Shown here piece after piece: positions 1 to 12,300 of a DNA stretch of 64,000 nt (its first letter is position 1; the number at the start of each line of letters is the position of its first letter). The stretch spans positions 992,001-1,056,000 of the forward strand of contig NC_135670.1 in the NCBI RefSeq assembly GCF_964188315.1. The letters are read 5' to 3'. This DNA is from Podarcis muralis. Lineage: Eukaryota. Under the pieces are notes generated by a model that did no database searches, had not been told where the DNA came from, and was given only the letters and a program-made list of their open reading frames with translations. Made by a program: the position numbers and the translations under genes.

Positions 1-843
1 TACCAATTTCTCTCCTCCTGCTGTTCTTCTCCACCTGGAGCTGGATTCGTATAAGGCATTCAAAGCATGTGCCACAGCATAGACAGCATTGTAAACACTG
101 TAGCTGTGGCCAGTCATGTGCATTTCAAACAGAATTCCAGGAAGGCTCTCCAGCTTCTCCTCCCCAGTGCAGGTTTTCTTTTTATCCCCTTCCTTCTCCC
201 TCCCTTCAGAAACAGTTAATGAACAGTCGAATGCCTGTTCCCAGAAGTCTTGGATAAAGCCATCTCCTTTGGCGCAGGAAGGTCTTAACATCTGAATGAA
301 CCTTTGGAATCCTAATGGCTGATGTGAGTGAACGGTGAAGGATATGGAACCATGGAAGGTTTGCATGTCCCAGTTCATCTGTATGGAGTGTGCTGCAAAA
401 TCCCAGTGGGATGTAGCAATCCACACTTTACCCACGGGTGAAATGCCAATTAAGGGTGCTATAAACAGCATCGTTATCAATACCTGAAAGCACGGGTGTT
501 CTCCATAAATAAAAAATACACTGGGTTTTCTCTCAAACAAAATAATATACCTTTCCAAGTGTTGGAAAGCATAGTCTATCATCTCGTCCACATAATTCCA
601 TTTTGGTAGTCTTACTATGAGGGCATGACAGATACCATTTTGGGAGAGGATTGGCACCATTGCCTGCAGGAACCTGTCTGCTTTGTCATCATCCACAGCA
701 GCAAGTCCAACCCATGTCCATCCAAAATGCCGAAGCAACCACACAGCTCCCATTTGCTGGTGGGATTCATTTGGGACCATCTGGTACAACAATGGTAATA
801 GCAGTTTGACACTTTGCTCTGGCCAAAATGATCCATAGGTGAG
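1..843 (-). CDS. V2R A exon 3 (runs off the window)
   Basis: Acceptor ttttatttcag|CTC; no stop codon across 281 codons; absent from the ORF track. Confidence 0.92.
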
Positions 844-3800
844 CTGAAATAAAACATACACATATTGGAAGGGTTTAACAATTACTGTATTTTTCGCTCC
901 ATAAGACACACTTTTTTCCTCCTAAAACGTAAGGGGAAATGTGTGTACGTCTTATGGAGTGAATGGCATTGCGCGGAGAGGAAGAGCTGCACAGTGCCTC
1001 TTCAGCGAAGCGGGAAGAGAAATGGAAGGGGCTCTGTTCCTCCTCCGCTTTGCTGGAAGGCCGCTGGGCAGAGAAGGAGAGATCCCCCCCCCCGTTTTCT
1101 TCCTCTAAAAACTAGGTGCGTCTTATGGTCGGGTGCGTCTTATACAACCAAAAATATGGCATTTCAAATCATAGAGTTGCAGGAGTGATTGTAGGCCATC
1201 TCTTCCAACAGCCCATAGAAATCCAGGGTTCAGCTATCTGCAGGTGAGGTGGGGGGCCTTCAATTTTTTGTTCAAGTTGGCATCTATGTCTCCAAGCAGA
1301 AAAACGTTTTCTCCAAGCAATACCTTCCTCTACAGAGATGGCAATTCCCAGTGAAGATTGTGTGGCAATCCTCCATTCAGCCACCTTTCCTCACGTCTGG
1401 CAACTTTAAGATAATCAGAAATCCTCAGACCCTGGCATTTGCTTGAATAGACTGCCAGCAGCAATCTGGGCTTTGGGCAGCAGGGCTATTTAAAATGTGT
1501 AGCCAGGAAGAAGTTGCGCTGTCCCAAGAGAACTATCATGCAGCTCAGAAATTATTATATATGCAAAAGATGTACCATATTAGCTGCTGTAAAAAGGGAC
1601 TAGTAACAATGTCTTAAAATGCATGCAATACCAGCAAAGAAACATAGACATTATTGAGAGTATACATACAAAAGAACAAAAAGAAAGCAAAAAAGAAAAA
1701 GGGGGTTGGACGAAAAGAAGAAAAGAAAAGAACAGAAAAGAAAAGAAAGAATAAAATAGAGTAAAAAACATAGTAATATCTCATATTTCAGTCAGCAAAG
1801 AAAAGAAACCTCCGACTATACCCTTTGTACTAATTTTCAAATAAACTACTATTTACACATTTACACAATGTGTAACAATGTGATTTTTAATTATTGTTTT
1901 AGAAAGATATAGTTGAAAAACAAGCAAGCACTATAACCCTTAATGAACCACAGTACACGCTTGATCTCAGCCAAAAGGCCGAGAAGCGATAATGAATCGT
2001 GGGATATAAAATGTAGTTGTGAGTTTGGTGATGAATCTGTCTGCCATTAGCTTCACTTAATTTGACCCCCTGCCATCCTTGGGTGTTGTTGTGGGTTTCT
2101 TTATCCTAAAAGAAGTATGTTTCATATGTCTCTATTTGATCTCCTTATATTAGTTGCAGCAAAGATTTGCACTGCATCAACATCATTCTGAATTTTATTC
2201 TAGTCATCCAAAGTTTTCCCTTTCCCTCTCAGGTTTTGTCACTGATGATCTCCTTTCTCTAGGTCATTGATAGAAATTTTGAAGGTGAGTCCCAAGACAG
2301 AGCCCTGAAGCATCCCAGTTTAAATCCCTCCCAACTTTAATGGGGAACCATCAATGAGCATTCTTTGCGTACAGTTTTTTGATGTGGTCAGAATCCATCT
2401 GCCTGTGTGGTTAAATTGCATGTTACCCATTGGATAAATCAAAATGCCATGGACACTTCAATCAAAGAGTTTTCTGAAATCCAGATAGTGTGCCACAGTT
2501 GTGAAATCTCATTCACCCAGCTTACCTGTGGAGTCTTGTGGATTGCTGAAAAGATGGCCACGTTGGCCGAGATTTCAGAGATACACCCTCCAATGAGTGC
2601 TATCAGATTGTTTTGGTTGTCACACTTGAAGTTGGGGACAAACCTATGTTGTGTGGAAAGCAGGTTCATTGTTGCCTTGTAAGTCATCCTGGCAGCATAA
2701 TAGCTATTGAGGATGTGGAACCCTAGAGAAATGTTGGATAAGATGTTGGGATTCTCGTTTACCTCCTTGACAGCAAATGCTAAGGCCAGGATGTGCTGAT
2801 AATTCTTTGGGACTGAACTGTAGGGAGAGTTAAAGCTGTTCAATAAAGTAACCATCACATTAAAAGCACATTTGCACTCTTCCTCATCACTCAGCTGCAT
2901 CTTCCAAGATTGATGTATAGTTTTTAATTGCACAGGATTATAGACGGTACTATCAATCCATTTTATACAAGAATAAGCTTTTCTAATACTTTCCCAGGGC
3001 ACTTAAACATTTGAAAGTAGGAAGAAGACATGAACATTTGAAAGTTAGGGACAATATTTTCTTTAGAGGTAAATATGTATCTCACACATACTCTTTCAGA
3101 GAGTCAGGTTTATTAAGGGTCCCTCTCTAGTGCATTTTCCAGTGTGCCTCTAGTTACAGCAATAAACCCAACTTTGTTTCTTTGCAGGTTGGGAGAGAAA
3201 GATATGCAAATTAGATGTCAGAAAACAAGAGGAGAAAGAAACATTGTGTTATCTCTTTAGTAAAGGTAAAGGTACCCCTGACAGTTAGGTCCAGTCACGG
3301 ATGATCCTAGGGTTGCGCGCTAATCCCGCTCTATAGGCCAAGGGAGCTGGCATTTGTCCGCAGACAGTTTTTCCAGGTCATGTGGCCAGCATGACTAAGC
3401 CGCCTCTGGCCAGAGTGGTACCTATTTCTCTACTTGCACTTTGACGTGCTTTCAAACTGCTAGGTTGGCAGGAGCAGGGGCCAAGCAACGGAAGCTCACC
3501 CTGTTATGGGGATTCGAACTGCCAACCTTCTGATCGGCAAGCCCAAGAGGCTCTGTGGTTTAGACCACAGCACCACCCACTCTTTACTATGTTATATCTT
3601 TACTCTTTACTATGGCACTAAGAAATTGAAAATTAAAAACACCAGGAGTTCTGTGGTAAAAGTGAGTAGGGGTATAAACCACCAAGTGTTTTTTCCCTAG
3701 AGGAGGAAAACAAAACAGAGGGACCATTCATTTTCAATTGGCTTCTGAAGGAATCTTACAAGTTGTATCAAATATGATGTATAACAATTGCAGTCCCACA

Positions 3801-3848
3801 TTTCTTACACTTAAAATTAAGCACAGCATTCCTTAATGACCTGCACCA

Positions 3849-3920
<72 letters not shown>

Positions 3921-4221
3921 AAAGAAGAAGAGGAATACAAAGAAGAATACGAGTGTCTTACAAAGGATCGTCAATCATCGTTTGTGAAGGCTGCTCCATG
4001 AATGATGGGGTATTAGAGTGGAAGAAGACTTGAGAAACAATCTCACCAATGAGAAGGTCTCCGGGCTGATAAAAACCATGACGAATAGGGAGGGGATCCT
4101 CAAACATGCTGAAATTAATAAAATGTGTGTTGCATGCAGTATGACACAGCAGTACAAGAAGGAAGGCTACCACCAGCATGATCCTGTTCATAAAACTGTC
4201 CCTCCAAAGATGCAGTGCCAT
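1..4221 (-). CDS. V2R gene A, partial (exons 1-3; remainder off the left edge)
   Basis: Exons 3962-4221, 2526-2817 and 1-843 with GT-AG junctions. Exon 3 hand-translates open to base 1 (LTYGSF...HFGWTWVG...CTGEEKLESLPG...[11 protein letters not shown]). Confidence 0.92.
885..1159. mobile_element. Non-autonomous Tc1/mariner (Tc2-like) MITE
   Basis: TA|CTGTATTTTTCGCTCCATAAGAC left end; degenerate right end GTCTTATACAACCAAAAATATGG. Confidence 0.75.
2526..2817 (-). CDS. V2R A exon 2
   Basis: 292 bp; [23 protein letters not shown]...PNFKC...KTPQ; ctacag acceptor, CAG|GTAAG donor. Confidence 0.93.
3262..3578 (-). mobile_element. Sauria SINE (Squam1)
   Basis: (ACCTTT)n tail read as AAAGGT repeats; body GGTCATGTGGCCAGCATGACT; tRNA-like head. 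Confidence 0.88.
3851..3916. repeat. Compound (TG)n(AG)n microsatellite
   Basis: Seen directly. Confidence 0.95.
3962..4221 (-). CDS. V2R A exon 1 (signal peptide, start of VFT)
   Basis: MALHLW...DPLPIRHGFYQPGDLLIG...IDDP; donor TT|GTAAG, phase 2. The start ATG could be a downstream one. Confidence 0.88.
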
Positions 4222-4996
4222 GTTTCTGAGTGTAACAATCTATGCAATTGCTATCAGTTTTGCTCCAGTCCCAATTGAATGGTGGGTGATATTGTTGCTA
4301 CATAAATATACAGCACAGTTGGTTAGGGAAGCTATGCACTGGTATCCTAATAATAGCTCCTTGTTCATCAGTGTTTCCAAATAGTCTGCTTTTATCCTTT
4401 GACAGAGAGTATGAATTGCAATGCTGTTGTTGCTTTCTTCCTTTAAAAATTAAATGAAATGATAAAACATTCTGTTGGTGTGCAAAGATGCCAAAATTAT
4501 AACCATGTGAATTCTCAATCTGTTTGCCCAGATGAACAGACAATACATTTCAGGGCATCTCTATTATTTCATATTGCTGAATAAGGTTAAGTTTTCCACA
4601 GGAATAATATGTGGTGTGGAAGTCAGCAAGGAAGAGAAAGTACGAGCAACAAATATGACCATGGTATCACGATTTCTGGTTAGAAATCATGGTGGAATAA
4701 CTTGGTAGAAGTCAAACCTAACATATAAAAATTTAGGGTAATAACAAAAGATGTCTGAGCCCTACCTGTTCCTAGATCCAATTCTGACAAATACAAGAGT
4801 TTTATACCTCTTTTCAAATGTTTATTCTTGCCCTTGCTCACTGGCTCTGGGTGCCGTTGCATCAGAGAGGGGAAAGCAGCAATTTTGACAATGATAGTGA
4901 TTATTATCATTTGTTTATGCCTTTGAAGTTGCAACCAGCACAACAAGATTGCTGAAAGTGATTTTCCTGGATTTTGCAGCTATTATTATCTCTTAT

Positions 4997-5090
4997 CCCA
5001 TTAGCCAAAGTGGTACCTCAGGTTAAGATCGGTTTCAGGTTAAGAACGGACCTCCGGAATGAATTAAGTTTGTAACCAGAGGTACCACTG
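4997..5090. mobile_element. Truncated Tigger/mariner-type MITE (right part only)
   Basis: Ends GAGGTACCACTG|TA; the complete copy is at 29294-29508. Confidence 0.85.
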
Positions 5091-5443
5091 TACATACAAT
5101 CCAGCTACTAATTCCCCATTTGTATCTGTCCTACATGGGGAAGATAAACTCAGAGAATCTGGGTCTCATGTTTCACACTGATGATGTCTCTCCATGAAGG
5201 GATATACCTTTAGCACCCAATGAATGGAAGATCAGTGTATTAGCAGGATAACAAATTGGCAGAACAACTTTATGGAGTTAAAAATTGTTGTCAGCTTTAT
5301 TGGTTACAGATGTAGGTTGTAGGCTATTTCTAAGAATGAAAAGGATGAGTGTTGAGAAATACAAGGAATTACTTTCTCTGGTTTTCATCCAATAAATGCC
5401 AGCAAACAATGCAAAAATTAAAAGCATCAACGCAAGCTGATTC

Positions 5444-6345
5444 CTATTTGCTCCTCAGAATTAAGTGGCCTTTGCTGTTCAAGTCGGGCCTCAGAAGAAT
5501 GATGTACAATTTGGGGGCAAAGATACAACCCAGCAAACCTGCGCTGGAGGCCAAGATGCAAAAGACCTCCACAGCCACCATCTGCTTTCCTTTGGTGCTC
5601 AGATAAGAGGGAACAAAGGACAGCCAAACGCTGCAGAACACCAACATGCTGAAGGTGATGAACTTGGCTTCGTTGAAACTGTCCGGCAACCTCTTGGCCA
5701 GGAAAGCCATAGTGAAGCTGACCATGGCCAGGAATCCCAGATAACCCAGGACAGAATAAAACATCGCGACAGAACCTTCGTTGCATTCCACGATGATTTC
5801 CCCCGCCAGAGAGTTCATGTCCACATCTGGGAATGGAGGAGCCGTACAGAGCCAAGCAGCACAAATGCTGGTTTGAACTGAGCAGCAGCCAAGAAGCACA
5901 GAGTTTGTGAGAGATTTCCCCACCCATTTCCTCATCCTGGATCCTGGTTTGGTGGCCATGAAAGCCAGAACCACCGTGATGGTTTTGGCCAAGACACAAG
6001 ACACAGCAATGGAGAAGATGATGCCAAAGGCCGCTTGTCGTAAAGAGCAGCTGACTGGGTGAGGCTGGCCAATGAAGAGCAAGGAGCAGAGGAAGCAGAG
6101 CAAGAGGGCAAGGAGCAGAGTGTAGGTGAGGTCCCGGTTGTTGGCTTTGACAATGGGAGTGTCCCCATTCCTAGAGAAGACGCCAAGTATCCAAGCTGTG
6201 ACCAGAGAAAAGGCCAGAGCTAAGGAAGCTAAAAGGAACCCTAAAGGTTCTGCGTAGGAAAGAAAATGTTGGCGTTTGGGGATGCATTGATCTCTGTCCT
6301 TGTTTGGAAATTGGTCATCTTGGCAGTGGAAACAATAATCCATAT
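5444..6345 (-). CDS. V2R B exon 6 (7TM)
   Basis: 902 bp; 299-aa ORF containing TPIVKANN and [11 protein letters not shown]. Confidence 0.95.
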
Positions 6346-9300
6346 CTAAAGAAAATAAAAATGAAATGAGTGATAAATGAGTTCCAACAAATAAGGCATT
6401 AATTAGTTGGAATATGTATCAGAGATAAGTGAATATTGAAAACTGTTTGTACAATCTCCTGCCATTATGCATAATCCACAATAGGCTCTATGTTTTGATG
6501 GGGCTAAGGTGCATGGATTGTTCATCTACTCTGTCCTTCATCTGGAGTTAGTGATCAGAAACATGGCCTTTGGTTGTGCCCTTAGCTAGAGTTGGTCACA
6601 ATTCTTTGTGGTACAATGTGCAAAATAGTAATACCAGATTCCCTAGGGAAAGTTGAAATAGGTATTAGGAAGCATTATACAAAATAGCAGATTACGTCTC
6701 CTACCCATTTGATTCGAAATCATCCCATGTGGACACGAAGCACAATCATAGCAACAAAATGGCAGCCCCTCCTTCTTTTTCCTGCTGTAGCCTGGCTGGC
6801 AGCGATCATTACACAAGGCAAGGGGCAGCACCTAGCCATAAAAAGAGGAGAAAATGTAGCTCTCTTGTGCCTTGTAAACAACACAGTTCTAACCAAAGAC
6901 TGGTTGACATTATTCCAGAAAGGTGTGTTGTATGAGTAAATATATTGTAATGAAAATATTGGGAGTGAATGAGAAGGGATATTGAATTTTTAATCTGCAT
7001 AAAGATGGAGGATAGTTTTGAACCGCCAACCTTCTGATCCGCAAGTCCTATGTTGTGATTCGAGGACCCGCCCCCTTCGCTTGGGAATAAGAAAGGCACA
7101 CGGACACAGTATTTTAGGCTAATGGCCTAGAAAAGGCCACAACTTTATTGATTACATCATGTGAGAGGTATTGGCTTAGGCAGTGGAGAGAACAGTGAAG
7201 TTTGACTCCACCCACTTGGAGAGGGGTGAGTCTAGCAAGGGTTAACCACCAGTAGGGGGAGCCTGTTGATGCAAATGCAACTATAAGCTCTCCCCTGATG
7301 TCACCGGGGGTCATGCCATGGCCCCCAGCCCCCAGCAGGGCATCAGACAAGTTCCACGACTGCCGGATTCCTTTAACGGAATACCCATAAGTGAAGGGGT
7401 AGGCGATGGCCACACCCTGCCCTTCCATACACCAACAGCACATTCCAATGCTTAACCCCCAATACCGAAAAAGTTGTGACGAATTGCTACGAGGTAGGCG
7501 AAAAAACCAAGAGGCCGGTACCAATTACCATTTGGGGAAAAACTCCTACCAGGCCCCTTGGGCATCCAAGGCGACCAACCAAAGGTCCATAGCAAGGTCA
7601 GGCATTCCGGACTAACTAGAGGGAAGGGTGGGTGGATGACTCGATGAAAACCGGCAGAGGAATTGGAGGGGAGAGCTGCCGCGGCCGCATTTGAGCGGCT
7701 AAACCCCGCCCCTGGGCTTCCCGCCGATTGGAAGACTGACCGGGGGCATGTTGTGTCAGCAGTGACATCGGGCAGGGGGCGACATGCCCCCTGCAAGCCC
7801 GGGAGCAGGTCCCGATCACAACACCTCCCCTCCGGAACGAGGAGAGGCTCTCTGTGGTTTAATCCATAGCGCCACCCACGTCCCAAAGAATGTCTACATT
7901 AACATTTTTTGTATTTTTAATAGAAATACCTCATCTTATTAAAAGCAATAGTCCCACCTGATTAAAAGATCTTTGCCATGTGATGGCTTCCTTATCCATG
8001 CTGAAGTCTACATATTGTGATTCTTGTGGATTATACCTATACAATTGCTTATTAATGATAAAGAATGTCTACATTAACCTTATACGATACGATAGCCTTT
8101 ATTGTCATTGTCCCATACAGAACATAATTTGTATTCATAATAACAAGACCTAATTTTTTTAAAAAACACTGGTCCCACCTGATTAAAAAAGCTGTGCCAT
8201 GTGATGGCTTCCTTATCCATGCTGAAGTCTACATATTGTGATTCTTGTGGAACTATCTTTCCTACTTTCACACGGGAGAAGGTTTGGTTTGGAAAAGTAA
8301 CCCAGTTAATAATATCAAATCCACCTGCTAACTCCCCATTCTCATCAAAGGACACTAAGTCACCAGCACTGTTGTTGAAGGAGATACTCCTCAAGAACGA
8401 GTGCAGCTAGGCAGAAGAAAACAAAGGCAAAGTTTTAAAAAGGAGAGCTTTTGTGGATTATAGAAAGGAGAAAGTATCCATCCATATATTTCACACAATG
8501 GAAAGTAGTCCAAAACTGTGCAGTCTACAACATTTGGAGGACCTAAGTATTTCTAGGAAGTACATCTGGCCTGCCCCTTGTGTGAGGGTTCAGCTCTGGG
8601 GTCCATGTGCAAAGGCAAAACGGTGCCATGTCAGGAAGCCCTGGAACTGCCCTTCCTGCAAGGTGGGAGTGCAGGGAGAGAGGGAAAACAAAGTGGAGAG
8701 CAGCTCATGGTGGGTTTTCCCTGATCTCCATTTGTTTGTTTGTTTGTTTACTTTTCCTCAGAAAGAGATGCATTCACATCTTGACAGCCCATGTTCCTAG
8801 AGAGGCAGGGAAAGGGTACAGAGTGCCATAACTCCTTCAACTACTCCTGCAAATGGAAGGGAAGTACAGGTCCTATTTTGATTCTGGCTCCTTCAGCTTG
8901 AAGGAAAGGGAAAACAGTTAAGGATTGAAAAGAATGCGGGGATTGTTGTAGAGGAAAGGTAAAAGCTTTAAGAGGTTGTGTGTGTATATCTATGTCTCTG
9001 TGTTTGTGTGTATTCATTCTATGGACTGTGTGTCACCACCCATTAGATTAGCCCCAAGCAAAGGTTTGTTCGGAATAGGAAATCTCACCTGCCAAGGTTG
9101 CAGTTCTTGAGGATCGAGCCCACCTCCGCCTGCCATCATTCTGCGTTTTGACCTGGATGAGTGCATCTGATGTAAAGTATGTGCAATGGCATAAACCGCA
9201 TTATAGATACTGTAACTTTGGCCAGTCATGGTCATTTCAAAAATATGCCCAGGAAGGCTCTCCAGACTCTCATGGCCAGTGCAGGTGTTTGTGCTTTCCT

Positions 9301-12300
9301 TGCTCTCATTGGAAGCAGAAAATAAACAGTTGAATGCCCGTTGCCAAAAAGCCTGGAGGAACCCATCTCCCTTTGGAGAGTTGGGGTTCAGGGTCTGAAG
9401 GAAGTCTTTAAATCCCTGGACTTTCTCTGTGTGAATTGCAAAAGACAAGGCACCATCAAAGACTTGTATATCGTAATACCTTTGCATTGTTTCTGAAGAG
9501 AAAGCCCACTGGGCTGTCAAAATCCACACGGTGCCTGTAGACTTCTCTGCAATATCTTCAGCTAATGAAAAGAAATATTGCATCCATTTCACAACTGTAA
9601 TGGTCTCAGGTTCTGCACACAGAACTAATATGTTAACTTCTGAGGCCATCAGGAATGAGGACTTGGCCCGAATGAGTTCCAAGAAACTGATATCAACTAT
9701 GCCCTGAGATACGGCTGGTAGTTTTTCATTGAAAGCTGAACAGACTCCATGCTGGGAAAGCATTGGCACTAAGCTTTGCATAAAGCTCTCTCCATTTTCA
9801 TCATCGGATGCCACAATTCCCACCCAGGTCCACTGGAAATGTAGAAGTAGCATGACAATCCCTGCATATTGATATTTCTCATTGGGCACCGTTCGGTAGA
9901 ATATCTGGGGCTGCAACTCTGGGCTTCTCACTGGAGTTAATACGCAGTAAGCAATCTGGAGGAAGAAATCAATCCCACAAGAATTGGAGAGTTAGAGCAA
10001 ATGGTTATGGTTCATCCCAAGTATCTGCTTGAAGAACAAACCCATGAGAATTTCTCGACTCCATTTATGGATGCATGTTGATTTCACAAGAACATTCCGC
10101 ATATCTCCAGCAGTTGTTGATGGGGAAGAGGAGCAGGTTTCTCTGACCTCTTGCAACTGGCCTTGTGCAGCTTCCTGGGAACAGGAGGAAGACTCCTGCT
10201 GCTGCATTTGTCCAGTTCCAACCTCCCTGCTGCTTCCCAGTGACACATGGGAGACAAAGTCAGGCAAGTACCAAAGCCCCTCTCCTCCAACCACTACTGC
10301 ATAGCTCCCCACGTGATTTTGTAATAGTTTTTCCCCCACCTCCTCGCTCAGAAAAATGAACCAAAACAAAAGGAAGTATTGAAAACCAGGAAGATAACTA
10401 TTGTACCCGACGCAGAAGAGATTGACAGCCCCCACACTTACTATACCTGTGGAATCTTGTAGATGCTTAAGACAGTAGCCATGTGGAGGGAGATGTCAGA
10501 GTCAAGTCCGCCAATAACAGCTAACTTTTCTTTTTTCTTGTCACATATGAAGTTGGGGACAATCCTTTCTGTGATGGACAGAAGTTTCAGGGTGTTCTGA
10601 TAAGTCATCCTTGCATTTATGTAGCTGTCATAGACGTGGAACCCAAAGGTCATATTCGGTACGATATTAGGGCTCTCGTTTATCTCTTTCACAGCAAACA
10701 CCAGGGAGAGGGTATTCTGGTAGTACTTCAGTACTTCACTAAAAAAGAGTTATACTATGTGTCAGAGGTATTCTCCTCCTCTCCCTCTTATGCACATTGG
10801 TAACTTCCTGGTTGTCTCTGGCAAATCCCAAAATATTAAACATATATGCATTGTGTCTCTTGGCAGTATCCAGTCAGCTTTAAGAACATTGTTTAATTTT
10901 TTAAAGAAAAGTGTTTAATTTTGTGCATAACATTCATATCCTGAAATACACATAAGTAAATTAAGCTCTGATCTGCAGGTGTACCACTGGTGCCTAAAAT
11001 TATGGGTCTTCACAGGTGGCTAAAACAAACCGCCATTCCTCCTATGTTAATTTTGCGAAGGGGGACCTGGTTGCCACATCCTTCTCTTAACTCCTTATTT
11101 CCTTTAGGCAACCAATGGACACTCACTGGAAGAGAAGTTCCCAAGTCAGAAATTCTGAGTGGTGCCCCTCAGATAGTTAGTGGTTGGTGTAGGTGGGGAG
11201 TAGAGACCAGAGCACATCAGATGCAATAGGATCTATTCTTTCACAGTAACGGAGTTTCCACATTTCCCTCCTTCAGATAAAATTATGGCTGTACAACAAA
11301 TACTTTAGCCAATGTTAATCATACTCAGAGAAGGCCCATTAGGATTAATAGATCAGACTAACTTAGATGTATTAATTTCAATGGGTCTACTCTACATATA
11401 ACTCACTTTCGATACAGTGGTACCTCGCAAGACGCAGCGGCGTAGCGTGGGTTGTCAGCACCCGGGGCAAGGCAAGTAATTTGCGCCCCCTAACCCGTGG
11501 ATTTGCGCCCCCTAACCTGTGGATTTGCGCCCCCTAACCCATGGATTTGCCCTAACCCCAGATGTTGCGCCCGGTGCGGCCGGCCCCCCTGCACCCCCCA
11601 CGCTACGCCACTGGCAAGACGAATGCCTCGCAAGACAAAAAACTCGCTAGACGAAAGGGTTTTTTGTTTTTTGAGCTGCTTCACAAGATGATTTTCCCTA
11701 TGGGTTTGCTTCGTAAGACGGAAATGTCTTGCAAGTTTCTTTCCTTTTTCTTAACACCGTTAATACAGTTGCGACTTGACTTCGAGGAGCAACTCATAGA
11801 ACGCGGTGTGGTAGCCTTTTTTGAGGTTTTTAAAGACTTTGGTGATTTTTGAAGCTTTTCCAAAACTTTCCCGACACCGTGCATCACAAGACGAAAAAAA
11901 TCGCAAGACGACAAAACTCGCGGAACGAATTAATTTCGTCTTGCGAGGCACCACTGTACTTTGTTTTGCAAAACCAAGTTTGCAACTGCTGTTTTTATTA
12001 TCCAATATGGCTTACATTGCAAAGCAGAGAATATAACCCAAAATCTATGATATTCAGGTGTCACAGCTTCTGTGATGGTCAGATTAAATGATTGTGAATG
12101 TGAGGATCAAGGTTTGCTGCAAAGGAAAACCAGACCTTAAGGGTGTGAAAGGAAACACAGAGGGAGGATGAGGATGAAGTTGGGAGAAAGCGGTGAGAGC
12201 CATTGGATCAGGTGATAAGAAAGCAGAACAGGCAGAAGATAGAAAGCCCAAGAAGTGGAATCAAGCAAAAAAGAAGATGACCAGATCACAATGTAAAGAG

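Noticed and set aside
5427-5999. Long alternative-frame and antisense ORFs over the 7TM exons (also 30005-30865, 5465-5881, 58687-59117)
   Set aside because: Shadow ORFs of exon 6 codon usage; identical in B and D only because exon 6 is.
11479-11560. 22-bp repeats as a possible CRISPR array
   Set aside because: Contiguous units with no spacers, no cas genes, vertebrate DNA.
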